Shown here in pieces: positions 18,281 to 29,420 of a stretch of DNA of 46,974 bases. How positions within the stretch are numbered: the first letter of the stretch is position 1; every line of letters begins with the position of its first letter. The notes under the pieces are model-generated. The model did no database searches. It was not told the origin of the DNA and saw nothing but the letters and a program-made list of their open reading frames with translations. The translations under genes and the position numbers were made by a program. Source of the DNA: Bacteroidota bacterium (GTDB lineage: Bacteria > Bacteroidota > Ignavibacteria > UBA10030); NCBI GenBank assembly GCA_016928255.1, contig JAFGLB010000037.1, positions 1-46,974 on the forward strand, given 5' to 3'.

Positions 18281-18343
18281 GCTTGGCCGAAGAATAACAA
18301 TCGTGGTAAAACGCTCAGTGTTATTGATAATTTAAGAATTGTT

Positions 18344-18372
18344 TTGCAGTTGTGGCAATATTTGGGTAAATT
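18344..18372 (+). promoter_or_regulatory. Possible sigma70 promoter for glgA
   Basis: TTGCAG-17 nt-TAAATT; weak match in an AT-rich region. Confidence 0.3.
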
Positions 18373-18406
18373 GTAATATTAATGAATTTATTTACAATCG
18401 GGTGAT

Positions 18407-19888
18407 ATGTCAAAACCACTTAACATTCTATTTGTATCGAGCGAAGTAGAACCATTCGCCAAAACCGGCGGATTAGCCGATGTTTCAAGCGCTCTTCCCA
18501 AAGCGGTAAAAGACCTTGGTCATGAAATCCGCATAATAATGCCGCGTTACAGATTCATAGGCGAGCGCAAGTTCAAGCTGCATGATATTATACGGCTGCA
18601 CGGGATTCCTATTCCGGTTGGAAATTCAACCGAGCTCGGCGACGTAAAGTCGTCATTTATAGACAACTTAAAGGAAAAGGTTCAAGTCTATTTTCTCGAT
18701 AATACAAACTATTTTGGCAGGGACGGCGTTTACCAGAGTCCGACTACAAAAAAAGATTACAAGGACAATGATGAACGTTTCATATTCTTCTGCCGTGGGG
18801 TAATAGAGACGCTGAAGCGCCTTGGCTGGCAGCCTGACATTGTTCACTGCAACGACTGGCAATCGGGACTCATTTCTGCCTACCTGAAAACGATGTTCGC
18901 GGCCGATCCATTTTTCAAATCGATGAAGACTGTTTTTACTATTCATAATATGGGATACCAGGGATCTTTTCCGAAGGAGTCGTTCGTTAAATCAAATTTA
19001 CCAGAGGAGTTATTCCGTACAAACGGCGTTGAAGCTTACGGCAGTTTCAACTTTCTGAAAACCGGGCTGTTTTTCTCTGACTCCATTACAACTGTCAGTG
19101 AAAAATACGTTGAAGAGATCTGTTCATCTCCGGAAATCGGCGCCGGCTTGAACGGACTTTTATCATCCAGGCGTAAAGACCTGCACGGCATACTCAACGG
19201 AATAGACTACCAGATCTGGAATCCAGCCACTGATGAATTTTCATTCCGTAAATATGATGTAAAGTCCATCGAGGCAAAGGTTGATAATAAACGGGCTTTG
19301 CTCGCAAAATTCGGACTGGAATTTTCTGAAAACCGGCCTTTGATCGGGATGATAAGCCGGCTTGCAGACCAGAAAGGATTTGATCTTCTCTTCGATATCA
19401 TGGAAGAGCTTGTAAAACTTGATCTGCAGCTTATAATGCTGGTATCCGGTGATAAAGAATACGAAAAGAAAATTGAAAATATACAGAAGAAGCATTCGAA
19501 ACGAATTGCGGTGGTTATCGGATATGATAATGAAGTTGCACATTTGATTGAAGCCGGAACTGATATGTTCCTCATGCCGTCTAAGTATGAACCTTGCGGA
19601 CTTAACCAGATGTACAGCATGCGCTACGGTACGGTTCCCATAGTACGAGCGATAGGCGGATTGGACGATACTGTTGAAGATTATTCGGGCAGCGGAAAAG
19701 GCACCGGATTTAAATTTGAAAAATATGAATCAAAAGAATTGATGAAAGTTATTCAGCGTGCATTAAAGGTCTTCCAGCAGCCGGAGGAATGGAAACGGCT
19801 TATGCGGAACGGCATGCTTAAGGATTTTTCATGGGAAAATTCTGCACGGAAATACATCAATCTGTACAAAGAACTTATTAAAGCATAA
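18407..19888 (+). CDS. glgA: Glycogen synthase (GT5)
   Basis: SEVEPFAKTGGLADV, HCNDWQ, GILNGID, MPSKYEPCGLNQ, GGLDDTV. Confidence 0.95.
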   Translation: MSKPLNILFVSSEVEPFAKTGGLADVSSALPKAVKDLGHEIRIIMPRYRFIGERKFKLHDIIRLHGIPIPVGNSTELGDVKSSFIDNLKEKVQVYFLDNTNYFGRDGVYQSPTTKKDYKDNDERFIFFCRGVIETLKRLGWQPDIVHCNDWQSGLISAYLKTMFAADPFFKSMKTVFTIHNMGYQGSFPKESFVKSNLPEELFRTNGVEAYGSFNFLKTGLFFSDSITTVSEKYVEEICSSPEIGAGLNGLLSSRRKDLHGILNGIDYQIWNPATDEFSFRKYDVKSIEAKVDNKRALLAKFGLEFSENRPLIGMISRLADQKGFDLLFDIMEELVKLDLQLIMLVSGDKEYEKKIENIQKKHSKRIAVVIGYDNEVAHLIEAGTDMFLMPSKYEPCGLNQMYSMRYGTVPIVRAIGGLDDTVEDYSGSGKGTGFKFEKYESKELMKVIQRALKVFQQPEEWKRLMRNGMLKDFSWENSARKYINLYKELIKA

Positions 19889-20042
19889 TGCATAATACTT
19901 GATGGAACTGACGCCTGTTCCAGCTGCACGGCATCAGAAGCGGCAGTAAGCGTTCCTGCCAGAGAAGCGGCTTTCCATTGTATCAAAATTTTTGGCTGAT
20001 TAATATGCACTGTGCCGGTCTTTTGCTTTTTTACTGATAAAA

Positions 20043-21269
20043 ATGCGAGGAAAAAATTTGAAATTACCCCGTCTCTTACCCCCTTTTTGTATGGCGGTTA
20101 TTCTGTTTTTGTTTTACGGATGCAACGATGGCCCGGATTCAGTCGGTGCAGGAACCCAGCCGTCGGGTGATTTCGGCGTGATTCAGGTCGACACATTATA
20201 CGCAACCGGACACAGCTCGCTTAAAACCCATCTATATTCTTCAACAAGCAAAATATTTATGCTGGGTAAGTACAAATCATACGAGGCTTGGGCCTGCTTA
20301 GGATTCGCTACCTGGCCGGATTCCATGATCGGCGTAACTGTTACAGGCGCGACAATCAGGTTAAGATCCGCTTACCATTTCGGCCGGCCGATGTCTTCTT
20401 TGCCGGTCAATATATATCGTGCGCGCGCAAATTGGTCGGGTACAACACTCACTTTCGATTCTCTCTACTTAAATTCCGCTCCGCAATCTGTCTATGGATA
20501 TTACTATGACATAAACAGCGGTCACTCCGCAACAATCCAGGCAGGCGATACCGATTGGGTCACAATAAGCATCCAGGATACCAGCATGCTTCGCGAATGG
20601 TTTTCGACCAATACCGACACACTGGAATTGAACAGCGGACTGGTGATTCGCCCCGATCCTTCCAATGCGATCAGAGGTTTTTATACTTATTATTCTGCAG
20701 ACACCTCTTATATGCCTGCATTGTATGTAAATTATATAAGTGAAAATGGCATCCAGACTTATGAACACAAAATTAGTTATTCAAGATTCGTTACTACTGC
20801 AGATTATGCGAGCATTGTTTCAGATCCCAAACTGGTTTATATACAGAGCGGAATCTCGTACAGGGGACTGATTTCGTTCGACAGCCTTCTGTCTGTGTGG
20901 CCAGTTTCCATTCATAGAGCCGTGCTCGAAGTGACATTAAATAAAGAAAAATCATCTTCCAGTTTCAGCCCTTTTTCAATTCCTTTTTCGAACGATTCAC
21001 TATATGCTTTTTCTGTCGGACAGGATAGTACAGCCGACGGATCGTACTATGCATTATGCAAGAATACAACGGACAGTTACGGCAATACGGTTTATTCATT
21101 TGAAGCAGCATCACTTGCCAACCTATGGCATAATAATTTTCTAATTCGTAAAGTTACTCTAAGCGGATATTCGGAAAGCACTACATTTGATTTATTTACG
21201 CTGTACGGCGAAGCTGCTGAGAAAAATCTTAGACCGCGAATCATAATAACATATTCTGCCAAACGCTGA
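20043..21269 (+). CDS. Surface lipoprotein, DUF4270-like
   Basis: Lipobox FYG-C followed by acidic NDGPDSVG, beta-rich body, C-terminal RPRIIITYS; position after glycogen synthase as in Bacteroidota. Confidence 0.55.
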   Translation: MRGKNLKLPRLLPPFCMAVILFLFYGCNDGPDSVGAGTQPSGDFGVIQVDTLYATGHSSLKTHLYSSTSKIFMLGKYKSYEAWACLGFATWPDSMIGVTVTGATIRLRSAYHFGRPMSSLPVNIYRARANWSGTTLTFDSLYLNSAPQSVYGYYYDINSGHSATIQAGDTDWVTISIQDTSMLREWFSTNTDTLELNSGLVIRPDPSNAIRGFYTYYSADTSYMPALYVNYISENGIQTYEHKISYSRFVTTADYASIVSDPKLVYIQSGISYRGLISFDSLLSVWPVSIHRAVLEVTLNKEKSSSSFSPFSIPFSNDSLYAFSVGQDSTADGSYYALCKNTTDSYGNTVYSFEAASLANLWHNNFLIRKVTLSGYSESTTFDLFTLYGEAAEKNLRPRIIITYSAKR

Positions 21270-22513
21270 TGAATCATTTTATGAAATATCGCAACATAAT
21301 CATACTTGCTGTATTATCTTTTTTCTGCTGTTCGTATGCAGCAGCGGGCGGGTCTTCTTATTCGAGATACGGATTCGGTGATATACTTCGTTATGGAGAC
21401 AGCCGGATATACTCTATGGGAGGGACGGGTATCGCCCTTTTGGATAATGGAAGCATAAACCTTTTAAATCCCGCCGGTATCAGCCGGATAAACACCACAA
21501 GATTTTCAGCCGGTGCGGAATACAACAGCTTTTCATCAAAAGACGAAAGCGGATCGTCTTCCTATTCTTTCGGCGGCTTTCAAGGCATTGCTTTTGCAAT
21601 TCCCATATCACCTGAAAACGGAGTTGCTATTTCGTTAGATGCCACTCCATACAGCAAAGTGAGTTACTCAATTAACTCTTCGAATCTCGATCCGTTGTCA
21701 GGATCATTCCAGCACCAGACTTTTTACGGCAGCGGCGGACTTTCCTGTCTCGGACTCGGCATTTCCGTTTCGCCTTTCAGCACACTGCATGTAGGCGGAC
21801 GTGCCGGCTATATTTACGGCCGAATAAGACAATATCAAATTTCCACTTTCGACAGCAGCGGCTATTTAAAAACAGAATTCGACCGCTCTATATATCATTC
21901 CGGTTTTGCTTTCAATTTCGGCGCAATATACGAAGGCCTTACAAGGATATTCGATCTCCCTTCAGAAAATCATTTGTATTTCGGCTTCACAATCAGAACA
22001 GCCTGCTCTCTTGATGCCGAAGCCGAAAGAACTTATACCGACACTACTTCAATTGAAAACGGAACTGCCGAAATACCGCTTTCAGCAGGGATCGGATTAT
22101 CATTTTTATATAAAAACAAGTACAGATTTCTTGGAGATATAGTAATTGAAAACTGGGGCGATTTAAAACCTTTTTCTATAGATCCGGCCGAGCTTCGTAA
22201 TTCGTACCGCGCCAGCGCCGGCTTCGAAGCTTTGCCGTCAAGGGGTGCCGACAATTTTTGGAAAAAATTATGTTACCGGGTTGGATTTTTCTATAACTCG
22301 ACTTATTATAAGGTCAATGGAATCGGAATCAACGAATACGGTTTTACAGGCGGAATCGGCCTTCCCCTCGGATATGATTCGTGGTTAAATATCGGAGCAC
22401 AAGCGGGATTCCGTGGTACTACAGATAACAGCCTGCAGAAAGACATGATTGTCCGTCTTTCTGTTGCAATTACAGCCAGTGAACTATGGTTTCTAAAATT
22501 TGATGAAGAGTGA
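21269..22513 (+). CDS. FadL/PorV-like outer-membrane beta-barrel
   Basis: Signal peptide, SSYSRYGFGD..SMGGTGIA..INLLNPA plug motif, alternating beta strands, C-terminal ELWFLK; TGATG overlap with the upstream gene. Confidence 0.75.
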   Translation: MNHFMKYRNIIILAVLSFFCCSYAAAGGSSYSRYGFGDILRYGDSRIYSMGGTGIALLDNGSINLLNPAGISRINTTRFSAGAEYNSFSSKDESGSSSYSFGGFQGIAFAIPISPENGVAISLDATPYSKVSYSINSSNLDPLSGSFQHQTFYGSGGLSCLGLGISVSPFSTLHVGGRAGYIYGRIRQYQISTFDSSGYLKTEFDRSIYHSGFAFNFGAIYEGLTRIFDLPSENHLYFGFTIRTACSLDAEAERTYTDTTSIENGTAEIPLSAGIGLSFLYKNKYRFLGDIVIENWGDLKPFSIDPAELRNSYRASAGFEALPSRGADNFWKKLCYRVGFFYNSTYYKVNGIGINEYGFTGGIGLPLGYDSWLNIGAQAGFRGTTDNSLQKDMIVRLSVAITASELWFLKFDEE

Positions 22514-22959
22514 ATACTATGATAGCTATCGGAAGTGATCATGCAGGATATGAGTACAAGGAGCAATTGAAAAAGCTTCTTGATGAAATGGGCAAATCCT
22601 ATCAGGATTTCGGCACAAACTCGCCGGACTCCGTCGATTACCCTGATATTGCCCGGCTGGTTTCAAAAGCCGTCGTATCCGAAAAATTTATAAGAGGAAT
22701 TCTTATCTGCGGCACAGGAATAGGAATGTCCATCGTGGCAAATAAACACAAAGGGATCAGGGCTGCTGTATGCGAATCCGTTGCTTCAGCAAAACTTTCG
22801 CGCGAGCATAATGATGCAAATATTCTTTGCATCGGTGCACGAACCATAGAATGGGAGAAAGCATCGGAGATCATAAAAATGTTTCTCTCGACTCCTTTTA
22901 GCGGAGGCGAAAGGCACATGTGCAGAATTCAGAAAATTCATTCGTTAACCAATCTGTAG
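22510..22959 (+). CDS. rpiB: Ribose-5-phosphate isomerase B
   Basis: IGSDHAG, DYPD, ICGTGIGMSIVANK, REHNDANILC. Confidence 0.95.
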   Translation: MNTMIAIGSDHAGYEYKEQLKKLLDEMGKSYQDFGTNSPDSVDYPDIARLVSKAVVSEKFIRGILICGTGIGMSIVANKHKGIRAAVCESVASAKLSREHNDANILCIGARTIEWEKASEIIKMFLSTPFSGGERHMCRIQKIHSLTNL

Positions 22960-22993
22960 AATTTGCTAATACTCAAAAAAAAAGAGAATAAAT

Positions 22994-24289
22994 ATGAAAA
23001 ACTTAAAAACAGCAGATCCGGAAGTATTCGCAACAATACAAAATGAAGTGCACAGGCAAAATTCGAAATTGGAACTTATCGCATCGGAAAATTTTGTCAG
23101 CCCTGCCGTTTTGGAAGCTTTAGGCAGTGTAATGACAAATAAATATGCCGAGGGATATCCAGGCAAACGGTATTACGGCGGCTGTGAATTCGTTGACATG
23201 GCTGAGAATATTGCACGCGACCGGGCTAAAAAACTTTTCGGTGCTGAATATGCCAATGTCCAGCCCCATTCAGGCTCACAGGCCAATATGGCTGTTTACT
23301 TCTCTTTTATCAAACCCGGCGATACTGTTTTGGGCATGAATCTTTCGCACGGCGGCCATTTGACACATGGTTCGCCCGTCAACTTCTCAGGCCAGCTTTA
23401 CAGGTTTACAGCTTACGGCGTTTCTAAAGAAACAGGCCGTATCGATTATAATGATGTTGAAGAAATGGCAAAACGCGAAAAACCTAAAATGATAACGGTA
23501 GGAGCAAGTGCTTATTCGCGTAATATCGATTACAAGGCATTTCGAGAAATCGCAGATAAGGTCGGTGCCTTCCTTTTTGCAGATATCGCCCATCCGGCAG
23601 GACTGGTCGCGGCAAAACTTCATAATGACCCGCTTCCATTTTGTCATGTAGTCACGTCGACAACCCACAAAACGCTTCGCGGACCAAGAGGCGGATTAAT
23701 TTTAATCGGCAAAGATTATGAAAATCCATTCGGGCAGGTTGCACCTAAATCCGGCCGAAAGAAGATGATGTCGAAATTGATAGATTCTACTGTTATTCCC
23801 GGAGTCCAGGGCGGCCCTCTTATGCATGTTATTGCAGCGAAGGCAGTCGCATTCGGCGAAAATCTTACTCCTGAATACCATACTTACGCGGAACAAATAA
23901 TCAAAAATGCTAATGCCCTCGCATCTGCATTAATAAAACGGGGCTACAATATCATTTCCGGCGGTACGGACAACCATCTGATGCTTATAGATTTAAGGAA
24001 TAAAAATCTTACCGGAAAAGAGAGCCAGGATGCACTTGATCTTGCGGGTATAACCGTCAATAAGAACGCAGTACCATTTGACGATAAATCACCCCTGATA
24101 ACTAGCGGTATACGGATAGGCACTCCTGCGATGACGACACGCGGTATGAAAGAATCCGAAATGGAGACTATAGCCGGATTTATTGACCGGGCGCTTATTA
24201 ACCGGGCAGATGAAAAAATAATAAAGCAAATCAGTGAAGATGTAAAAACGCTTTGTGCAAAGTTCCCTCTGTATCCTGAACTCACATAG
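22994..24289 (+). CDS. glyA: Serine hydroxymethyltransferase
   Basis: [39 protein letters not shown]. Confidence 0.98.
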   Translation: MKNLKTADPEVFATIQNEVHRQNSKLELIASENFVSPAVLEALGSVMTNKYAEGYPGKRYYGGCEFVDMAENIARDRAKKLFGAEYANVQPHSGSQANMAVYFSFIKPGDTVLGMNLSHGGHLTHGSPVNFSGQLYRFTAYGVSKETGRIDYNDVEEMAKREKPKMITVGASAYSRNIDYKAFREIADKVGAFLFADIAHPAGLVAAKLHNDPLPFCHVVTSTTHKTLRGPRGGLILIGKDYENPFGQVAPKSGRKKMMSKLIDSTVIPGVQGGPLMHVIAAKAVAFGENLTPEYHTYAEQIIKNANALASALIKRGYNIISGGTDNHLMLIDLRNKNLTGKESQDALDLAGITVNKNAVPFDDKSPLITSGIRIGTPAMTTRGMKESEMETIAGFIDRALINRADEKIIKQISEDVKTLCAKFPLYPELT

Positions 24290-24297
24290 GATTTTCA

Positions 24298-25092
24298 ATG
24301 GGAATCACCCGGGTAATTCTAGGCAAGATATTTCAATCGGCCGGAAAATCTGCCGGCCAGAAGGAAATGTCTTTCCTGGAACACCTTGACGAACTTCGGT
24401 CCAAAATAATTCATGCAATAATTGGAATTCTTATAGGGACTGCCTTTTGTGTTGTTTTTGCAGATTTTATCGTTCAGACCGCGCTTCTCTCCCCCCTTGA
24501 TTCATACGGACTAAAAACACAGGTACTTTCTCCATACGGAATTGTACTTTTATACATGGAATCTGTGCTGGTCTGCGGCATTATTATCAGCATGCCGTAT
24601 ACGATTTATTGCCTTTGGTCATTTGTTGCACCGGGATTACTCACTAAAGAGCGCCGTTACATTTCAAGAATTGTTTTTTTTACTTCGTTTTGCTTCTTTG
24701 CCGGTGTGGCATTCGGATATTATATAATACTTCCCGCGGCTCTTCAATTTTTTTCCACTTTCCATACGCAGGAAATAAACCTTAATATCGCGCTTGACCG
24801 GTACGTCAGCTTTATGCTTATGCTTCTGCTCGGGGCAGGACTGGTTTTCGAACTGCCGATGATCTCCTATTTTTTATCCAAGATGGGAGTGCTTACTCCC
24901 AAATTCATGCGGAAGTACCGGATACATGCTATAGTGGTGATTTTTATTATTGCCGCATTTGTTACACCGTCTCCTGATATGATAACACAGACTCTTATGG
25001 CTCTGCCTATGATTGTTTTATACGAGGTAAGCATTTTCATTTCCAAGTTTTCTCAAGGAAATTCCTCCACTCTATCGGATGGCTCCGTATGA
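24298..25092 (+). CDS. tatC: Twin-arginine translocase subunit TatC
   Basis: MSFLEHLDELR, FVAPGL...ER, GLVFELP, TPSPD, LYEVSI. Confidence 0.95.
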   Translation: MGITRVILGKIFQSAGKSAGQKEMSFLEHLDELRSKIIHAIIGILIGTAFCVVFADFIVQTALLSPLDSYGLKTQVLSPYGIVLLYMESVLVCGIIISMPYTIYCLWSFVAPGLLTKERRYISRIVFFTSFCFFAGVAFGYYIILPAALQFFSTFHTQEINLNIALDRYVSFMLMLLLGAGLVFELPMISYFLSKMGVLTPKFMRKYRIHAIVVIFIIAAFVTPSPDMITQTLMALPMIVLYEVSIFISKFSQGNSSTLSDGSV

Positions 25093-26084
25093 GTATATTA
25101 AACCTGTCAGACAATCCGCTCGACGCTATCCGCGAACCTGTCAAAGAAGAACTTAAAAAATTCGACGAAGTATTCCGGGAATCTATGAAATCACGGGTCG
25201 CTCTCGTGCACCTGATCACACGCTATATCATGCGGCAAAAAGGCAAGCGCGTTCGTCCTCTTCTGGTGATGCTGAGCGCAAAACTTTGCGGTGAAATAAA
25301 CGACAGTACTTACCGCGCCGCCACGCTTATAGAGCTTCTGCACACCGCCACTTTGGTGCATGACGATGTGGTAGATGATGCGGATACGCGCCGGGGCTTC
25401 GCTTCCATCAATGCTGTATGGAAAAACAAGGTCGCTGTTCTGATGGGCGACTATCTGCTTTCGCGCGGTCTTCTTTTATCCCTGCAGTATAATGACCATT
25501 ATTTTTTAAATTCGACTTCTTTCGCAGTCAAACGGATGAGCGAAGGAGAATTGCTGCAGATACAGAAAAGCAGGCAGTTAAATATAGATGAAGATACTTA
25601 CATAAAAATCATAAGCGATAAAACTGCATCTCTTTTTTCGACATGCACTGATATCGGGGCGGCAAGCACAACGGAAGACACGGATAAAAGGAATTCACTG
25701 AAATTATACGGTGAAAATATCGGACTGGCCTTTCAAATACGCGACGACCTGCTGGATTATCTGGGCAGAAAGACTATTATCGGCAAACCTACCGGCGGCG
25801 ATATTAAAGAAAAGAAAATTACACTGCCTTTAATCTATGCCCTTAACCGGACTGGCAGGAAAGAAGCGAAGCAAGCCCTTCATATGATAAAAAAAGGTGC
25901 AAAACACAGAGATATAGCATGGATAATAGATTTCGTCCGTGCCAACGGCGGGGTAGACTATTCACTCAAGAAAGCCGAAGAATACGCGGCGCGAGCCTGC
26001 GAATGTATTTCCGCTTTTCCTGATTCGCCTGAAAAAAACTCTCTTATGAAATTTGTCCGTTTTGTTATAGAACGCAAAAATTAG
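25089..26084 (+). CDS. Long-chain polyprenyl diphosphate synthase (IspB/HepT-like)
   Basis: GKRVRP, LVHDDVVD..RRG, FQIRDDLLD. Confidence 0.92.
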   Translation: MSILNLSDNPLDAIREPVKEELKKFDEVFRESMKSRVALVHLITRYIMRQKGKRVRPLLVMLSAKLCGEINDSTYRAATLIELLHTATLVHDDVVDDADTRRGFASINAVWKNKVAVLMGDYLLSRGLLLSLQYNDHYFLNSTSFAVKRMSEGELLQIQKSRQLNIDEDTYIKIISDKTASLFSTCTDIGAASTTEDTDKRNSLKLYGENIGLAFQIRDDLLDYLGRKTIIGKPTGGDIKEKKITLPLIYALNRTGRKEAKQALHMIKKGAKHRDIAWIIDFVRANGGVDYSLKKAEEYAARACECISAFPDSPEKNSLMKFVRFVIERKN

Positions 26085-26134
26085 TTCACTTTGCTAATAC
26101 TGTATTTTAATCAGATAAAAAAAAGGATATAAAA

Positions 26135-27517
26135 ATGGCATTGATGGTCAGCATTTCCGGTATTCGCGGCGTTGTCGGCGAGACTCTGACACCTGAGACG
26201 ATAGTAAAGTACGCCTCCGCGTACGCACGCTACTGCAACAGGGGTCATATCATAATAGGAAGAGACGGACGTGTGACCGGCAAGAATATACTGGATATCG
26301 TCGTGTCTACGCTGATCCAGATGGGATGCGATGTGACAGACCTGGGTATATGCCCGACCCCGACAGTTGCCCTGGCTGTCGAGAAAAAGAAAGCATCCGG
26401 CGGTATTTCGATAACCGCAAGCCATAACCCGATTATCTGGAACGGACTGAAATTCTTCGCCTCCACCGGCCTTTTTCTGGATGCCGATGAAAACCGGAAC
26501 TTCTGGAAACTGTCTGAATCAGCCGCCGAATACGTGCCATGGAATAAACAGGGCCGTTATGTTCTTGAAGAATCCTTTCTCGATGAACATATAAAGGAAG
26601 TTCTTTCCCTTTCTTATATCGATATTTCAAAAATAAAATCAAAAAAATTTAAAGTCGTTTTGGATTGCGTCAATGCGGCAGGAGGAATTATAGTACCGCG
26701 CCTTCTTAAAGAATTCAATTGCGAGGTTATACCCATCAGCTGCGAAGTAACCGGAATTTTCTCTCATACACCCGAACCGATACCTGAAAACCTTGCTTCA
26801 CTCTGTTCCGAGGTGTTTAAACAAAAAGCCGATCTCGGCATTGCCGTCGACCCGGATGTCGACCGCCTTGTGCTTATCAACGAAAAAGGCGAGCCGTTTG
26901 GAGAAGAATATACTATTGCATCCTGCACTGAATTCATACTTGAAAAAATATCCGATAAGAATACCCGCCGGCATTCAACCGGGACTCAGCCTTTAAAAAC
27001 CGTTGTGAATCTTTCGACTACGCGCGCTGTTGAAGATATTTCAAAAAAATACGGCGCGTCTGCACTTCGCACTCCTGTAGGCGAAATCAATGTTGCCAAG
27101 AAAATGAAAGAGACAGGTGCGGTAATCGGAGGAGAAGGAAGCGGCGGCGTCATACTGCCCGATGTGCATCTAGGCCGCGATGCAATTGTAGGCATAGCTC
27201 TCGTTCTTCAGCACCTGGCTGAGTTCGGCGGAACACTTTCCGAGCTTAAGGCAGCGCTTCCTCAATACCATATCACTAAAGGCAAAGTGGATCTGGGCAC
27301 ATTGAATCCGGACGCTATTCTGAAAAAACTTGCTGCCGATTATTCAAAGACCAATTCTATAAATACCGACGACGGATTGAAAATTGATTTCCCGGAATCA
27401 TGGGTACATTTAAGAAAATCAAACACAGAGCCGATAATTCGCATCATCGCTGAAGCGCATACAAAACCTGGAGCCGATGAACTTGTGAAAACATTCACTG
27501 CAAAAATACTCGGATAG
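26135..27517 (+). CDS. glmM: Phosphoglucosamine mutase / phosphomannomutase (alpha-D-phosphohexomutase)
   Basis: SISGIRG, TASHNP, DPDVDR, GEGSGG, RKSNTEP. Confidence 0.8.
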   Translation: MALMVSISGIRGVVGETLTPETIVKYASAYARYCNRGHIIIGRDGRVTGKNILDIVVSTLIQMGCDVTDLGICPTPTVALAVEKKKASGGISITASHNPIIWNGLKFFASTGLFLDADENRNFWKLSESAAEYVPWNKQGRYVLEESFLDEHIKEVLSLSYIDISKIKSKKFKVVLDCVNAAGGIIVPRLLKEFNCEVIPISCEVTGIFSHTPEPIPENLASLCSEVFKQKADLGIAVDPDVDRLVLINEKGEPFGEEYTIASCTEFILEKISDKNTRRHSTGTQPLKTVVNLSTTRAVEDISKKYGASALRTPVGEINVAKKMKETGAVIGGEGSGGVILPDVHLGRDAIVGIALVLQHLAEFGGTLSELKAALPQYHITKGKVDLGTLNPDAILKKLAADYSKTNSINTDDGLKIDFPESWVHLRKSNTEPIIRIIAEAHTKPGADELVKTFTAKILG

Positions 27518-27670
27518 AAGAGAAATCCAAAAAATAATTAAGACTTTTTTCTTTTCTTTTTTTTTCTTAGGTTATTGTAAATTGTCTGTACACAGGTATA
27601 TATAATTATAAGCGCCGCGCCGGCCTTCAACGGGCCGACGTTTTTATCCATTTTATCAGACTTTATATCA

Positions 27671-28762
27671 ATGGACTTGTATTCATTGCTCAGGTTATCA
27701 TCTGTACCGCGTATCGGTGCGCAAAAAATTCGTGCACTTATCACCTATTTTAAAACCCCTGAAAATGTCTTCCGTGCATCGGCACGCGAGTTGACGGCCG
27801 TTCCCGGAATAGATAGGAAGCTCGCTTCCAATATTGCCCACTATACCGGCGGCAATAAATACGCAGATGACCAGATGAAACGGCTCAACAGGTCCGGAGG
27901 AAGAATCATTACAGTTTGGGACAAAGAATATCCCGACCTCCTTCGTAGAATTTACGATCCGCCCGCTTTCCTTTTTTTACTGGGAAAATTCAAAGAAACA
28001 GATGCGCGTGCAATCGCCCTTGTCGGCACACGGCATCCTTCTTCATACGGATGCTCAGTGACTGAAAGTATTACTCGAGACCTGTCCAAACAATCGATTT
28101 CTATAGTAAGCGGACTGGCGCGCGGCATCGATACCATTGCTCATCTCGCTGCATTAAAATCCGGGGCCAGAACTATCGCTGTAATCGGTTCGGGACTTGA
28201 CATCCCTTATCCTCCAGAAAATAGAAGGCTTCTGGAAAACATAAGCGAAAAGGGCGCTATAGTTACAGAGTTTCCGATGGGAACCAAACCGGATGCTCCG
28301 AATTTTCCAAGGCGCAACAGAATAATAAGCGGTTTAACTATCGGCACTGTTGTAATTGAATCCGATGAAAACGGCGGCGCAATTATCACGGCAACCACCG
28401 CCCTCGATCAGGACCGCGAAGTATTCGCGGTGCCCGGAAACATAATGGAAAAACGGAGCGCCGGACCTAATAAACTCATCCGCGACGGTCATGCAAAATT
28501 GATTACCTGCGTCGATGATATATTTGCAGAACTCAGAATCCAGTTGCGCCTTTCTCTCGATAAAACAGAAACCAGACCGGCTGTGGAGATGACCACGGAC
28601 GAACAGAGGATATATAATTTGCTCGGTTCTGAACCGGTTCATATCGATAGTCTGGCTGAAAAGGCAATCTCGTCAACCTCCAACGTGCTTGTAACTCTTC
28701 TTTCATTGGAATTTAAAGGCATGGTGTGTCAATTGCCGGGAAAAATGTTTATCCGCTCATAG
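27671..28762 (+). CDS. dprA: DNA-processing protein DprA
   Basis: YPDLL..IYDPP, VGTR, VSGLARGID, FPRRNRIISGL, C-terminal winged helix. Confidence 0.95.
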   Translation: MDLYSLLRLSSVPRIGAQKIRALITYFKTPENVFRASARELTAVPGIDRKLASNIAHYTGGNKYADDQMKRLNRSGGRIITVWDKEYPDLLRRIYDPPAFLFLLGKFKETDARAIALVGTRHPSSYGCSVTESITRDLSKQSISIVSGLARGIDTIAHLAALKSGARTIAVIGSGLDIPYPPENRRLLENISEKGAIVTEFPMGTKPDAPNFPRRNRIISGLTIGTVVIESDENGGAIITATTALDQDREVFAVPGNIMEKRSAGPNKLIRDGHAKLITCVDDIFAELRIQLRLSLDKTETRPAVEMTTDEQRIYNLLGSEPVHIDSLAEKAISSTSNVLVTLLSLEFKGMVCQLPGKMFIRS

Positions 28763-28814
28763 TACCCATCACTTTCCTATAATCAGATTTTTCGCTATAC
28801 TGTATTCAGAGAGA

Positions 28815-29411
28815 TTGGCATACTTTATGATAGACGTTCAAAATATTTACATTGAAGAAAATATCCCGGATGTAAAATTTTCCTGCAATACCGCAATATG
28901 CAAAGGCGCCTGCTGTACCATAGCCGGTGGAAAAGGTGCTCCCCTTCTTGATGAAGAATTAATTATGATTGAGCAGCTTTTCCCAATTATTAAACCATAC
29001 CTTTCTCCGGAGCATATTGATGCGATAATTCAATCAGGCCTTTATGAAGGCGTTCCAGGTTCCTACACAACAATGTGCTTCAACAACAGGGCATGCGTCT
29101 TTGTTTTCTATAAAGACGGCATTGCACGCTGCGCTTTTGAAAAAGCTTTTTTTGAGGGAAAAACTGTATGGCAAAAACCGCTATCCTGCCATCTTTTCCC
29201 CATACGGATTGACAGCGGTATGATTACCAGGCTTAGATACGAGCAAATCTCGGAATGTGACGGTGCACTCCGGTCCGGGTTGAAAAATAATATATATTTA
29301 ACCAGCTTTCTAAAGGAACCTCTAAAGAGAGCATTTGGTTCTAATTGGTACGAAGACTTATTATCCATGTGTGAATCTCGGCGAAAAGAGACCAAAATAA
29401 ATACATTATGA
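28815..29411 (+). CDS. DUF3109 family Cys-rich protein
   Basis: F.C...CKGACC..G..GAPL, CVF, CAFE, KPLSCHLFPIR; alternative ATG at 28827. Confidence 0.8.
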   Translation: MAYFMIDVQNIYIEENIPDVKFSCNTAICKGACCTIAGGKGAPLLDEELIMIEQLFPIIKPYLSPEHIDAIIQSGLYEGVPGSYTTMCFNNRACVFVFYKDGIARCAFEKAFFEGKTVWQKPLSCHLFPIRIDSGMITRLRYEQISECDGALRSGLKNNIYLTSFLKEPLKRAFGSNWYEDLLSMCESRRKETKINTL

Positions 29412-29420
29412 CGCGGCAAG

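Noticed and set aside
27520-27610. Poly-T tract and CTGTACACAG palindrome before dprA as a terminator or SOS box
   Set aside because: No GC-rich stem, and the spacing does not match CTGT-N8-ACAG
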